DNA from: a virus
Lineage: Duplodnaviria > Caudoviricetes
IMG/VR virus record: IMGVR_UViG_3300036798_000095
Location: 1-36,616 of that record
Length of the DNA stretch: 36,616 nucleotides
Reading direction: 5' to 3' (one strand)
Shown: positions 17,568 to 25,975 of the stretch, piece after piece
How the letters are laid out: each line of letters begins with the position of its first letter
Position numbering within the stretch: the first letter of the stretch is position 1
Made by a program: the position numbers and the translations under genes
The notes under the pieces: model-generated
What the model was told of the DNA's origin: nothing
Seen by the model: the letters and a program-made list of their open reading frames with translations, nothing else
The model's database searches: none

Positions 17568-18125
17568 ATGCCTGCATCAAACATGGGTGGCACGCCAGCC
17601 GGTAATCCGTCTGCTGGCCGATTCGTCTTGATGGACCCGTTCAGCGGACCGAAGGGTTCTCCCCTTGACAAGGATGGTGTCAACAATCAATCAACCGGTG
17701 CTCTGAGCACTGGTATCGGTTGCGGCGTCAACGTTGTAATCAACCCGCCTGCCCCCGCTGCTATTATCGCGGCAGGTTTCAGTGCCGTGTTCAAACCCGG
17801 TACAACGATGCCAGATGGGTCGCAAGCACCCGATGCCCGGCTAGTGGCCATCGGTGGCGGTCGTAGCGGTCCAGCGGCCAATGGCATCGCACCCACCAAC
17901 CCGTTCAATGCCCAGCCGCTTCTGGGGTTTGGCAATGGCGGTTCGCGTGATGCGGGAGCGGGTCCAGCATTTACTGGCTTCCCCGTGACCATGTGCACGG
18001 CTGCGGCAGACACTGCTGTGGGCGGGGCTATCATCGCGGCTTTCCTCAATCGTGGCCCCGGTGTTCTCAAGGCCGGTTATTCTACGTTCGGTTCCGGCAC
18101 GAACGCTTCACCCGCTGTAGTTTGA
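17568..18125 (+). CDS. putative capsid decoration/minor virion protein
   Basis: Gly/Ala/Pro-rich 185 aa following the capsid gene; GGAGG RBS before ATG 17568. Confidence 0.55.
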   Translation: MPASNMGGTPAGNPSAGRFVLMDPFSGPKGSPLDKDGVNNQSTGALSTGIGCGVNVVINPPAPAAIIAAGFSAVFKPGTTMPDGSQAPDARLVAIGGGRSGPAANGIAPTNPFNAQPLLGFGNGGSRDAGAGPAFTGFPVTMCTAAADTAVGGAIIAAFLNRGPGVLKAGYSTFGSGTNASPAVV

Positions 18126-18160
18126 TGCCGTATTAACAGCGCCCCCACTCGGAGTATAAT

Positions 18161-18733
18161 ATGCGAAGTGAATATGAATACAACACTGAGGATTTCGAGA
18201 GCCGTGAGGCAAACGACGCCAAAGTGTACGTCAAGTTTTATGTCCGCCCGGTCCTGAACGAAGTCAAGTCTGACGAAGAAGGTCGGCCCATTTATGAAGA
18301 CCGCGATTACGTCGAAATCCGCACCCCCGGTAATACTACTAATGTTATCCAGCGTCCGGTGTCGGATTTGGACCGCCAGCGGTTCCGTCGCCAGTATGAA
18401 AGCTTCAAAGCGGGTGACAAAGAACAGGTGGTTGGTACGCCACTGGTAGAAGTGAACTGGATGACTCGTGCACAGGTCGAGGAATTGGCCTACATTCGGG
18501 TCCGCACGCTGGAGCAGCTCGCAGAAGTAGGTGACGATGTCTGCACCCGCATTCCCGGCTTGTTCAAGCTCAAGCAACGCGCTGGTGTGATGGTCGAAAA
18601 GGCCAAAACCGAAGCTCCGATCCTTCAGATGCAGACGGAGAATGAAAACCTCCGGAACGAGATGGATACGCTGCGGAAGACGGTCGAGGCACAGGCAGGC
18701 GAAATCGCATCACTAAAATCTGCCAAGAAATAA
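18161..18733 (+). CDS. conserved phage head-module protein
   Basis: S..EGRPIYED..YVEIR.PG, GTPL....W, I.T.EQLA.V.D (HhH-like) and a C-terminal coiled coil. Confidence 0.7.
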   Translation: MRSEYEYNTEDFESREANDAKVYVKFYVRPVLNEVKSDEEGRPIYEDRDYVEIRTPGNTTNVIQRPVSDLDRQRFRRQYESFKAGDKEQVVGTPLVEVNWMTRAQVEELAYIRVRTLEQLAEVGDDVCTRIPGLFKLKQRAGVMVEKAKTEAPILQMQTENENLRNEMDTLRKTVEAQAGEIASLKSAKK

Positions 18734-18742
18734 GGTGACGAA

Positions 18743-19468
18743 ATGCCCCAGTTAAATGCACTGCAATTGGTTAACGCCGGCCTGCAGGAACTGGGGCTTC
18801 CATCGGTCGTCACTATCGCTTCGGCCCCAGACGATCAGACCGGGTGGCAATCGCTCGGCCTGATCAATTCTCTGGGAAACCAGCTGATAGCCGTCCATGA
18901 CTGGCAAGACCTCGAAGGCATTGTCGAGATTGAATGTGACGGCGTTAGTACGACATTCCCGCTGCCCGACGACTATGGCCGAATGGTCAACCAGACCCAC
19001 TGGGCGTCGAAGAATAAGCGACCAATGTACGGACCCATGTCTCCACAGGCGTGGTCATGGGTTCAGTATGGCATCGTCTCGGTAGGCGTGTACTACCGCT
19101 ATCGAATCATCGGTGATCAGTTCAACGTGTTTCCGACGCCGGCAGCCGGCGAGAAATTTCATTTTTACTACATCAAGAAGGATTGGGTTCAAGTACCTTC
19201 CGCCACTCCTCCAACTACTGCCGATACGGTTGTCAACGATACCGATATACCAATCTTCGACCGTTATTTGATGATTACCGGACTCAAATTCAAGCTGTGG
19301 GCTGCTAAAGGTATGAACGCGCAGGAACTTGGGCGCGAGTTCGAGTATATGTTGGCGGCCCGTAAGTCGCAGACACAGGGTGCTCCTGTTATCAGTTTGG
19401 ATTCTCGCTGGGATCAGCTGTTCATCAGCGGCCAGAACGTTCCTGATGGCTCTTGGAATATCGGCTGA
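18743..19468 (+). CDS. head-tail adaptor (tail tubular protein A-like)
   Basis: LQLVNAGLQELGL, HDWQ.L and PLPDDY.R; size and position. Confidence 0.7.
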   Translation: MPQLNALQLVNAGLQELGLPSVVTIASAPDDQTGWQSLGLINSLGNQLIAVHDWQDLEGIVEIECDGVSTTFPLPDDYGRMVNQTHWASKNKRPMYGPMSPQAWSWVQYGIVSVGVYYRYRIIGDQFNVFPTPAAGEKFHFYYIKKDWVQVPSATPPTTADTVVNDTDIPIFDRYLMITGLKFKLWAAKGMNAQELGREFEYMLAARKSQTQGAPVISLDSRWDQLFISGQNVPDGSWNIG

Positions 19469-21066
19469 TGTTCCGCCCCCAAGACATGCCTCAGCAAGTA
19501 TCGAAGGCGCTAGCTTTGCCCGCACCCGTGGGCGGCTTGAACGACCTCGATCCGCTTGCGAAGATGGACCCGACATATCTGTTGGATGTGATAAACTTCT
19601 TTCCGGACACCAGCAGTTTGGTAGTTCGGCCCGGCTATAAGAAGTGGGCTACAGGCATTCCCGGCAACTCCGTAAAAACCGTTATCGGTTTCAGTAAACA
19701 GGACGGCACTTTTGAACGGTACGCTGCGACCGATAGCGGCATCTATAACATCACGAACCCCACCGCTGCGCCTGCCCTAGCTTCTGCTTGCACCAATGGT
19801 ATGTGGGAATATACCGGCTACTCGACGTCTGCCGGCCAGTATTTGGTGATGGCTAACGGTACCGACGCTGCTAAACTGTACAACGGCGCGACATGGATCA
19901 ATTTCACGCTGGTAGCGAGTCCGATTAACCCCGGCGAAGTGGCTGGCGTTGATCCCAGTCTTCTTTGCCACGTCATGTCCCACCAGCGTCGCATCTGGTT
20001 CATTCAAAAGAACACGATGACGGCTTGGTACCTGCCCGTGGACGCGGTTGCTGGCACGCTGGAGCCGTTATACCTCGGTTCCATCTTCCGTAAGGGCGGC
20101 AATTTGGTCGGCTTTGCCCGCTGGTCGAGTGACTCCGGCCAAGGCATTGATGATCGCATCGTGTTCTTCTCGTCGACCGGTGAGATTGCCAGCTATTCCG
20201 GCACAGATCCTTCAGATGCCGCGAATTGGTCGCTCGATGCCGTGTTCTATGTTGCTGCCCCGCTCAGTCGGCGTTCAATGATTGATTACGGCGGCGACAT
20301 CCTTCTGCTATCCCGTCGCGGTGTCATTCCCATTTCAACCTTGATTGCTGGCCGTGCTCTTGAGGTGATCTATTCGGGCGCGATGTCACGAAAGATATCA
20401 CGAACGCTGATCCGGCTTACCGCCACTACTGCGCTGTACCCGCCTGAAATATGTCTGTTTCCAGAGCTTGCGTGGGTGGCAGTGTCGATGTTCGATAACA
20501 CGTTCAACGGCACGAATGCCCCGGTCCAGCTTGTCATGAATATGCTGACCGGCGCGTGGACCAAATTCGCTTATCCCGTCCGAACGATGCGGGCCATTGG
20601 TGGTGAATTTTTCCTCGGCAGCGACAACGGCGAAGTCTATCAAGTCACCCAGCTGGCGTTCCAAGACGCTGTAAATATCGACGGATCGGGTGGCAATCCG
20701 ATTAACGCCTACGCAATGTGCGCTTACAGCTACCTTGATCAGCCGGAGTTCAACAAGCACGCCAAATTCGTGCGACCGATCTTCCAGTCAGACGCAAAGC
20801 CGTCGTTCATCATCCGCGTGCTGCCCGATTTTCGCACCGATAAATGGGGAAGGGACCCACCTCCCGGTCTTGCAATCGGTTCAGGTATCTGGGACGTGTC
20901 GAAGTGGGATGAAGCCAACTGGTCCGGTAACGAGAATATTTACCGCCCGTGGTGTTCGGCCAATGTTCTTGGCTACGCATTCTCGTGGCAGCTGAAAGTA
21001 TCCACGTCAGGCGCTCTCGGTTTGGCTGCCGTCGAATGGGTGTGGGAGAACGGGGGTTACATTTAA
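19468..21066 (+). CDS. tail hub/nozzle (P22 gp10 or tubular protein B-like)
   Basis: LPAPVGGLN..D, NFFP....L.VRPGY and H.RRIWF; beta-rich; TGATG coupling at 19468. Confidence 0.75.
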   Translation: MFRPQDMPQQVSKALALPAPVGGLNDLDPLAKMDPTYLLDVINFFPDTSSLVVRPGYKKWATGIPGNSVKTVIGFSKQDGTFERYAATDSGIYNITNPTAAPALASACTNGMWEYTGYSTSAGQYLVMANGTDAAKLYNGATWINFTLVASPINPGEVAGVDPSLLCHVMSHQRRIWFIQKNTMTAWYLPVDAVAGTLEPLYLGSIFRKGGNLVGFARWSSDSGQGIDDRIVFFSSTGEIASYSGTDPSDAANWSLDAVFYVAAPLSRRSMIDYGGDILLLSRRGVIPISTLIAGRALEVIYSGAMSRKISRTLIRLTATTALYPPEICLFPELAWVAVSMFDNTFNGTNAPVQLVMNMLTGAWTKFAYPVRTMRAIGGEFFLGSDNGEVYQVTQLAFQDAVNIDGSGGNPINAYAMCAYSYLDQPEFNKHAKFVRPIFQSDAKPSFIIRVLPDFRTDKWGRDPPPGLAIGSGIWDVSKWDEANWSGNENIYRPWCSANVLGYAFSWQLKVSTSGALGLAAVEWVWENGGYI

Positions 21067-21501
21067 ATGCGCTGGCTCAATACTGACCCTCTATTCGTGC
21101 CGCATCTGGCCGACATACTCAAGATCACCCCAACACTTTCTGCTGTTCAAATCTCGGAGTTTGATCATGTATCGCCTATTGCTGGTGTATTGTATGATGG
21201 CTATAATGGTAAGTCTGTGCATGCTCATATCTGGATTGCGCCAGGACGCTTACCTTCTCGCGTTTGGTGGTGGGCTATTTGCGATTACGCTTTTAAACAA
21301 CTGGGCGTCGACAATGTTATTGGCACGGTCCCAGAGTCGAACACCGAGGCAGCACGTCTCGACGAGAAGCTAGGGTTCAGGCTAGTAGGGCGGATAGAAG
21401 ACTATTACCCCGACGGTGACGCCGTACTTATGTACGTGTGTACTCACAAGACCGTATTTAATTATGAACGCTTCCGGCCCCCAATGGCCGTAGCAGCTTA
21501 A
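21067..21501 (+). CDS. GNAT-fold virion assembly protein (DUF2824-like)
   Basis: YAFKQLGV..V.G.V..SN..A.RL..KLGF...G.I; canonical position before the ejection proteins. Confidence 0.7.
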   Translation: MRWLNTDPLFVPHLADILKITPTLSAVQISEFDHVSPIAGVLYDGYNGKSVHAHIWIAPGRLPSRVWWWAICDYAFKQLGVDNVIGTVPESNTEAARLDEKLGFRLVGRIEDYYPDGDAVLMYVCTHKTVFNYERFRPPMAVAA

Positions 21502-21512
21502 GGAGACTACTC

Positions 21513-22721
21513 ATGGGCGGCGGAAGCAAAGCCAAAGCACCTCCTACTCCTGACTATACCGCCTTAATGAAGCAACAGCAGGCGGCTGATCAGGCTAACT
21601 ATGCTCAACAGTTGGCCAATCAGCGAACCTCGCAAGTCACCCCGATGGGCAGTTCCTCGTGGTCACAGGATGCCAGCGGCAAATGGACGCAGACCGAAAC
21701 CCTGAGTCCAGAACTACAACAGGCTTACAATAATCAGCTCGCGAATCAGGCAAAATCGCAAGGGTTGCAGAGCAGTGCTCTGGATCAGCTGCAACAATTG
21801 CAAGCACAGGGTGGGTTCAAAGACCCCGGCATCACTGCGGCATACGATCCGAACTATGCCAATCAGTACGCTACCGACTACACCAAATCCCTGCTAGCGC
21901 GCATCACGCCGCAGCAGCAGGTGGATATGACGAATCTGGACACCAAACTCAAGCAGCAGGGTTTGGTTCCCGGCACGGAAGCATATGACCGCGCATACCA
22001 GAACCTGTCCAAGGCGCAGGGTGATGTTAATACCCAAGCCAATTTGCAGGGCATGATGGCTGGTCAGCAAGCCGGCCAAAGCGCGTTCCAAACCGATCTG
22101 CAGGGTCAGTCGGCCAAACGCGATGCCGCGCTACAGGACTACATGATTCCGTGGTCGACGGCCAGTCAGGCTGCCGGTTTGGCCGGTGGCGTAAACATAC
22201 CAACAATGGGCACTGGCGTCACTTCTACTCCGGGGTTAACCACTCCAGACTTGATGGGTGCCGCGCAGCAGCAGTATGCGCAGCAAATGCAGAATTACAA
22301 TCAGCAGCAGAAACAAGCATCAGGCAAGGGTCAGGGTATCGGTTCAACAGTTGGCGGTCTTGCTGGTGCGGCCATTGGCACATGGGCCATGCCGGGTCTT
22401 GGCACGGCGGCAGGTGCGAAGCTAGGTTCCAGCTTGGGTGGTTCGGCTGGCGGTGCATTCTCCGATTTGGCACTCAAGGAGAATGTCAAGCCGATCGACG
22501 ACGAGCAGGCGTTCAACACGCTAATCGACATCGTGCCGATCACGTGGAATTGGAAGGGTCTCAAGACCGCTGGTGCCGGCGTGGCTGCGCAGCAGATCGC
22601 GGAACGTCTGCCGCAGTTGACTGGCATGACTGGTGGGTACTTGACCGTCGATTATCCATCACTGTTCGCGATGTTGCAGGGCGCATTCCGGTATCTAGCG
22701 AAGGAGCTAAATCATGAGTGA
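21513..22721 (+). CDS. internal virion/DNA ejection protein with C-terminal S74-like chaperone domain
   Basis: MGGGS.....P.PDY start, Gln-rich helices, glycine-zipper segment, then FSD..LKENV...AQ.I....P...YLTVDY. Confidence 0.7.
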   Translation: MGGGSKAKAPPTPDYTALMKQQQAADQANYAQQLANQRTSQVTPMGSSSWSQDASGKWTQTETLSPELQQAYNNQLANQAKSQGLQSSALDQLQQLQAQGGFKDPGITAAYDPNYANQYATDYTKSLLARITPQQQVDMTNLDTKLKQQGLVPGTEAYDRAYQNLSKAQGDVNTQANLQGMMAGQQAGQSAFQTDLQGQSAKRDAALQDYMIPWSTASQAAGLAGGVNIPTMGTGVTSTPGLTTPDLMGAAQQQYAQQMQNYNQQQKQASGKGQGIGSTVGGLAGAAIGTWAMPGLGTAAGAKLGSSLGGSAGGAFSDLALKENVKPIDDEQAFNTLIDIVPITWNWKGLKTAGAGVAAQQIAERLPQLTGMTGGYLTVDYPSLFAMLQGAFRYLAKELNHE

Positions 22722-24612
22722 TATTAGCTATGTTCCTTTGACGCAGCCCGCGACACAGCCACTGACGGTTGGCGATTTGGCATCTTCGTTGCCGGCTTTG
22801 CAAGCCGCGCAGATCAAGGCCAATCGTCTTAAGCAGGTGCAAGCCGGCTTCCAAGGCATGGCCGATCAGCCGGGTAACCCCAATTTTCTTCCTACGCAGA
22901 ATGGCGGTTTATACCAGACCGTAGCGAAGTATATGCCCGACTACGCGGGTGCTGCTAACAAAATGGTAGGCACGCTGGGTAGCTATCTGACTCAGAATGA
23001 GCAGGACAAGCAGCAGAAGGATGATCTGACCCGCAATACGGATATTTTGCAGGCTGCTGACCAGATGGGCCGTGTTCCGCAGGCTGGTGCTGCGTCTCCT
23101 AACGCGTTGCGTGCTTACTTGTCCTTGATTGGTGGCGATCAGGCCAAGGAAATCATCGGCAATACGCCACACGTGTCTTCGACCCAGACCGACAGCGAAG
23201 GTAATACTTATACCGTCATGTCTGATGGTAATACGTACATGACCGGCAGGAACAAGGACTACAAGGGTCAGGTCGTCAACATTCCCGGACAAGCCCCGTT
23301 CTTGATCGGTACATCTGGTGCTGGTCGTGGCAAGATGATTCCTACTACTGCTCCGGGTGCTCCTGTTCCGGGTGGCGTTGGCGCTCCTGTTCCGGGTGGT
23401 GTTGGCGCCCCCGCTCCGGGTGGTGTTGGCGCTCCGGGTGGCGGTCAGCCACAGCTTCCGCCGATTCCGCCCGGTGGCAGTATGTCCAATGACGATGTTT
23501 TTCGTCGTATGTTGCATGTTGAGAATCCGACCGGCGACATCAACGCGACGTCTCCTACAGGCAACTTCGGACCATCGCAGTTGGGTGAGTCGACAGCCGA
23601 CGAAATGGAGAAACTACTTCATCTGCCGCCCGGTTCTACGCGCACTGACGCGAATGCTAATCTTGCCGCTGGGCGGGCACGCTACGACCAAATGTTCCAG
23701 AAGTATGGCGACCAGCGTTTGGCCACCATGGCGTACAATTGGGGTCCCGGTGCCATGGATAATTGGCTACATCCGCCACCGGGTAGCAACCAGCAGCCAA
23801 TGGATTGGTCGAAGGTGCCAAAGGAGACCCAGAATTATGTCGCTACTGTATTTGGCGGTTCTCCTAATGTTGATAATAGTGGCGCAGGTGGTGCTGCTGC
23901 TCCTAACGGACAACCAACTGTGCCGATTAATCCATCTGACTACCAGCGTGGGGCGGCTTCTGAGCAGGGTAAGATTGATGTTCAGACAAAGATGGCACCG
24001 CAAATAGCGGAAGCGGCACGGCAGAAGAAGGCGGCTGAGGACGATGCCACCAATCGCGGAAAAGTGTTGGCAGCGCTGCCGCATATGAAGAATAGCGTCA
24101 ACGAGGTGCTGGATACCATCAAACAGTTGCGCGATGCCAAGGGTCTTGGTGACATCACTGGTAGTTCGGTGATGGGCCGCATTCCGGATGATGATCCGCG
24201 TTTGCAGGGTGCTGCTGGTGCGTTGTTTGCTGGCAGTAATGCTGCCGACTTGATGGCGTTGCATAATAAGCTTGCTGGCGGCGCGTTCATGGCGGCGTTC
24301 AACGATATGCGTTCCAGTGGTGGTGGCGTTGGTCGTGTGACCGAGTATGAGGCCAAGAAGGCGCAGGATGCGTTGGCTGCTCTGGCTCGCAACCAATCCA
24401 CTCCCAAATACCGGGCAGCTTTGGATACACTAGCCAACGTGCTGACGACTAATTATCAGGGGCAATATGACTATGGTCATGGCGGTGGTCCAGCTATCGC
24501 TATACCCAATACTGCACCAGCCGCTACACAAACGGCTGGAGCAGGGGCAGCAGCGCCCGCCGCTGGTGGTCTTTCAGATGAAGACATTCTGAAAAAGTAC
24601 TCGGGGACTTGA
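22714..24612 (+). CDS. internal virion protein with lytic transglycosylase (SLT-like) domain
   Basis: HVEN...A.SP.G..G..Q....TA, AYNWGPG and PKETQNYV. Confidence 0.75.
   Translation: MSDISYVPLTQPATQPLTVGDLASSLPALQAAQIKANRLKQVQAGFQGMADQPGNPNFLPTQNGGLYQTVAKYMPDYAGAANKMVGTLGSYLTQNEQDKQQKDDLTRNTDILQAADQMGRVPQAGAASPNALRAYLSLIGGDQAKEIIGNTPHVSSTQTDSEGNTYTVMSDGNTYMTGRNKDYKGQVVNIPGQAPFLIGTSGAGRGKMIPTTAPGAPVPGGVGAPVPGGVGAPAPGGVGAPGGGQPQLPPIPPGGSMSNDDVFRRMLHVENPTGDINATSPTGNFGPSQLGESTADEMEKLLHLPPGSTRTDANANLAAGRARYDQMFQKYGDQRLATMAYNWGPGAMDNWLHPPPGSNQQPMDWSKVPKETQNYVATVFGGSPNVDNSGAGGAAAPNGQPTVPINPSDYQRGAASEQGKIDVQTKMAPQIAEAARQKKAAEDDATNRGKVLAALPHMKNSVNEVLDTIKQLRDAKGLGDITGSSVMGRIPDDDPRLQGAAGALFAGSNAADLMALHNKLAGGAFMAAFNDMRSSGGGVGRVTEYEAKKAQDALAALARNQSTPKYRAALDTLANVLTTNYQGQYDYGHGGGPAIAIPNTAPAATQTAGAGAAAPAAGGLSDEDILKKYSGT
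23350..23442 (+). repeat. coding tandem repeat, about 24-nt unit (GAPVPGGV)
   Basis: Three to four degenerate copies of GGCGCTCCTGTTCCGGGTGGTGTT. Confidence 0.8.
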
Positions 24613-24613
24613 G

Positions 24614-25957
24614 ATGGCAACCCGCGCTGAAATGATGGATGCATTGCGAAGGGCAGATGCTGCCGGTGATGCGCAGTCCGCTTCTGCTATTGCGCGCATG
24701 ATAAATGCTGCGCCTCCTGATTCGGCGGCACCGGCAGGTTCGCCGCCACCCGGCCCCGCACCCGCCGCCCCGCCCGCGACGCCGCCTCCCGGCCCCGCCG
24801 CGACCGGACCGGCCCCGACCCCGGACGCCGGTACCGGCCCCTCCCCTGTCGGGCCTCCCGGAGGCTCCGGGATGCCGCCGCAACAGCCGCCTCAACAGCC
24901 GCCGCAACAGCCGCCGCAACAGCCGCCGCAAGAACAAACGAATTACGACCCGACACAAGGAATGTCCACATTCGAGAAGCTTGCTGCTGGTGCCGGTCAA
25001 TCTGTTGTATCCAACTATCGTGGGCTTAAACAGCTGTATGCTTACGCCACTGGCGATAAGAAAATGCAGCAGGACCTAGCCAGTGAAGAAGCGGATGCCC
25101 GGAATCTTGACGCTCCCCTGCTCAACACCACCGCTGGACGAGTTGGCCAAATCGGTGGACAGGTCATGCAAACAGCAATCCCTGCCGGTGCAATCACCAA
25201 AGCCGCAAAGCTCGCGCAGCTCGGTTTGGTTGGCACGGCTGGGGCGGAAGCTCTTTCCGGTGGTATTGCTGGCGGCATACAACCTACGACCGGTGATGAG
25301 TCGCATCTTAAGAATGCTGGCGCTGGTGCGGCAGTTGGTGCGGCTATTCCAATAGTTCCCGCTGTCATCGGTAAGGGCGCATCATTAATATCCAAGCTCC
25401 TGTCCAAAGGCAATGCCGGTCCTGCTGGCACCACTATCGGCCAGAAAGTATCTGGCATGATGATGGGAAATGCGGTGAAAGATGCCCGCGTAGAGTTGGA
25501 TGCACCCAAGCTGAAGTCTATGTTAGCTACTTACGGCGACGCAATGCCGGAAGAAATAACCAATGGTCTGCAGGACCAGCTATCGCTGGCTAATAAGGGT
25601 GCCCAATTCAAGGGACAAGCTGTTAGCGATATGCATTCGATTCTGTCGAAGACCGCCAACCTGCCTGAGACAACGCCAATGGCTGCTCAGGGCATGAACA
25701 AGATCAAGAGGTCTCTTGACGCATCGCTAAAAGAGAACATGCCCGCGTCCAAGGTTTGGCAGCTAAATGTAGCCCGCAAGGCGTTCAATACCGGGCAATC
25801 TCCGCTCTCCACACTGCAGCCGGGTGCATATCGGACAGCATTGCTGTACAACCTTTTGAAGCAGCCGCAGCAACCTGACGATGGCGGTAGCGGTGGCGAT
25901 CAGACGAAGCCCCTCAATGTTGACATCGTTGGCGGCACTCCGTATCATGTACAATAA
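24614..25957 (+). CDS. internal virion/DNA ejection protein
   Basis: ALRRADAAGD...A..IA N-terminus, Pro-rich linker, Gly/Ala-rich hydrophobic helices; position in the ejection cluster. Confidence 0.65.
   Translation: MATRAEMMDALRRADAAGDAQSASAIARMINAAPPDSAAPAGSPPPGPAPAAPPATPPPGPAATGPAPTPDAGTGPSPVGPPGGSGMPPQQPPQQPPQQPPQQPPQEQTNYDPTQGMSTFEKLAAGAGQSVVSNYRGLKQLYAYATGDKKMQQDLASEEADARNLDAPLLNTTAGRVGQIGGQVMQTAIPAGAITKAAKLAQLGLVGTAGAEALSGGIAGGIQPTTGDESHLKNAGAGAAVGAAIPIVPAVIGKGASLISKLLSKGNAGPAGTTIGQKVSGMMMGNAVKDARVELDAPKLKSMLATYGDAMPEEITNGLQDQLSLANKGAQFKGQAVSDMHSILSKTANLPETTPMAAQGMNKIKRSLDASLKENMPASKVWQLNVARKAFNTGQSPLSTLQPGAYRTALLYNLLKQPQQPDDGGSGGDQTKPLNVDIVGGTPYHVQ
24875..24931 (+). repeat. coding 12-nt tandem repeat (PPQQ)n
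   Basis: About 4.75 copies of CCGCCGCAACAG. Confidence 0.85.
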
Positions 25958-25975
25958 CATTGAGGAGACACAATA

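Noticed and set aside
17427-18125. Possible -1 frameshift extension of the major capsid protein (T7 10B-like)
   Set aside because: The -1 frame is open across the capsid stop, but I see no slippery heptamer and the downstream gene has its own GGAGG RBS and ATG at 17568.
18133-18160. Promoter TTAACA-16 nt-TATAAT
   Set aside because: TATAAT is the spacer between a GGAG RBS and the ATG, lacks the TG seen in the other promoters, and would start transcription inside the gene.
22909-25509. Long antisense and alternate-frame ORFs over virion genes (and similar ones over the minus-strand arms)
   Set aside because: Shadow ORFs expected from GC-rich codon bias; no RBS or motifs.
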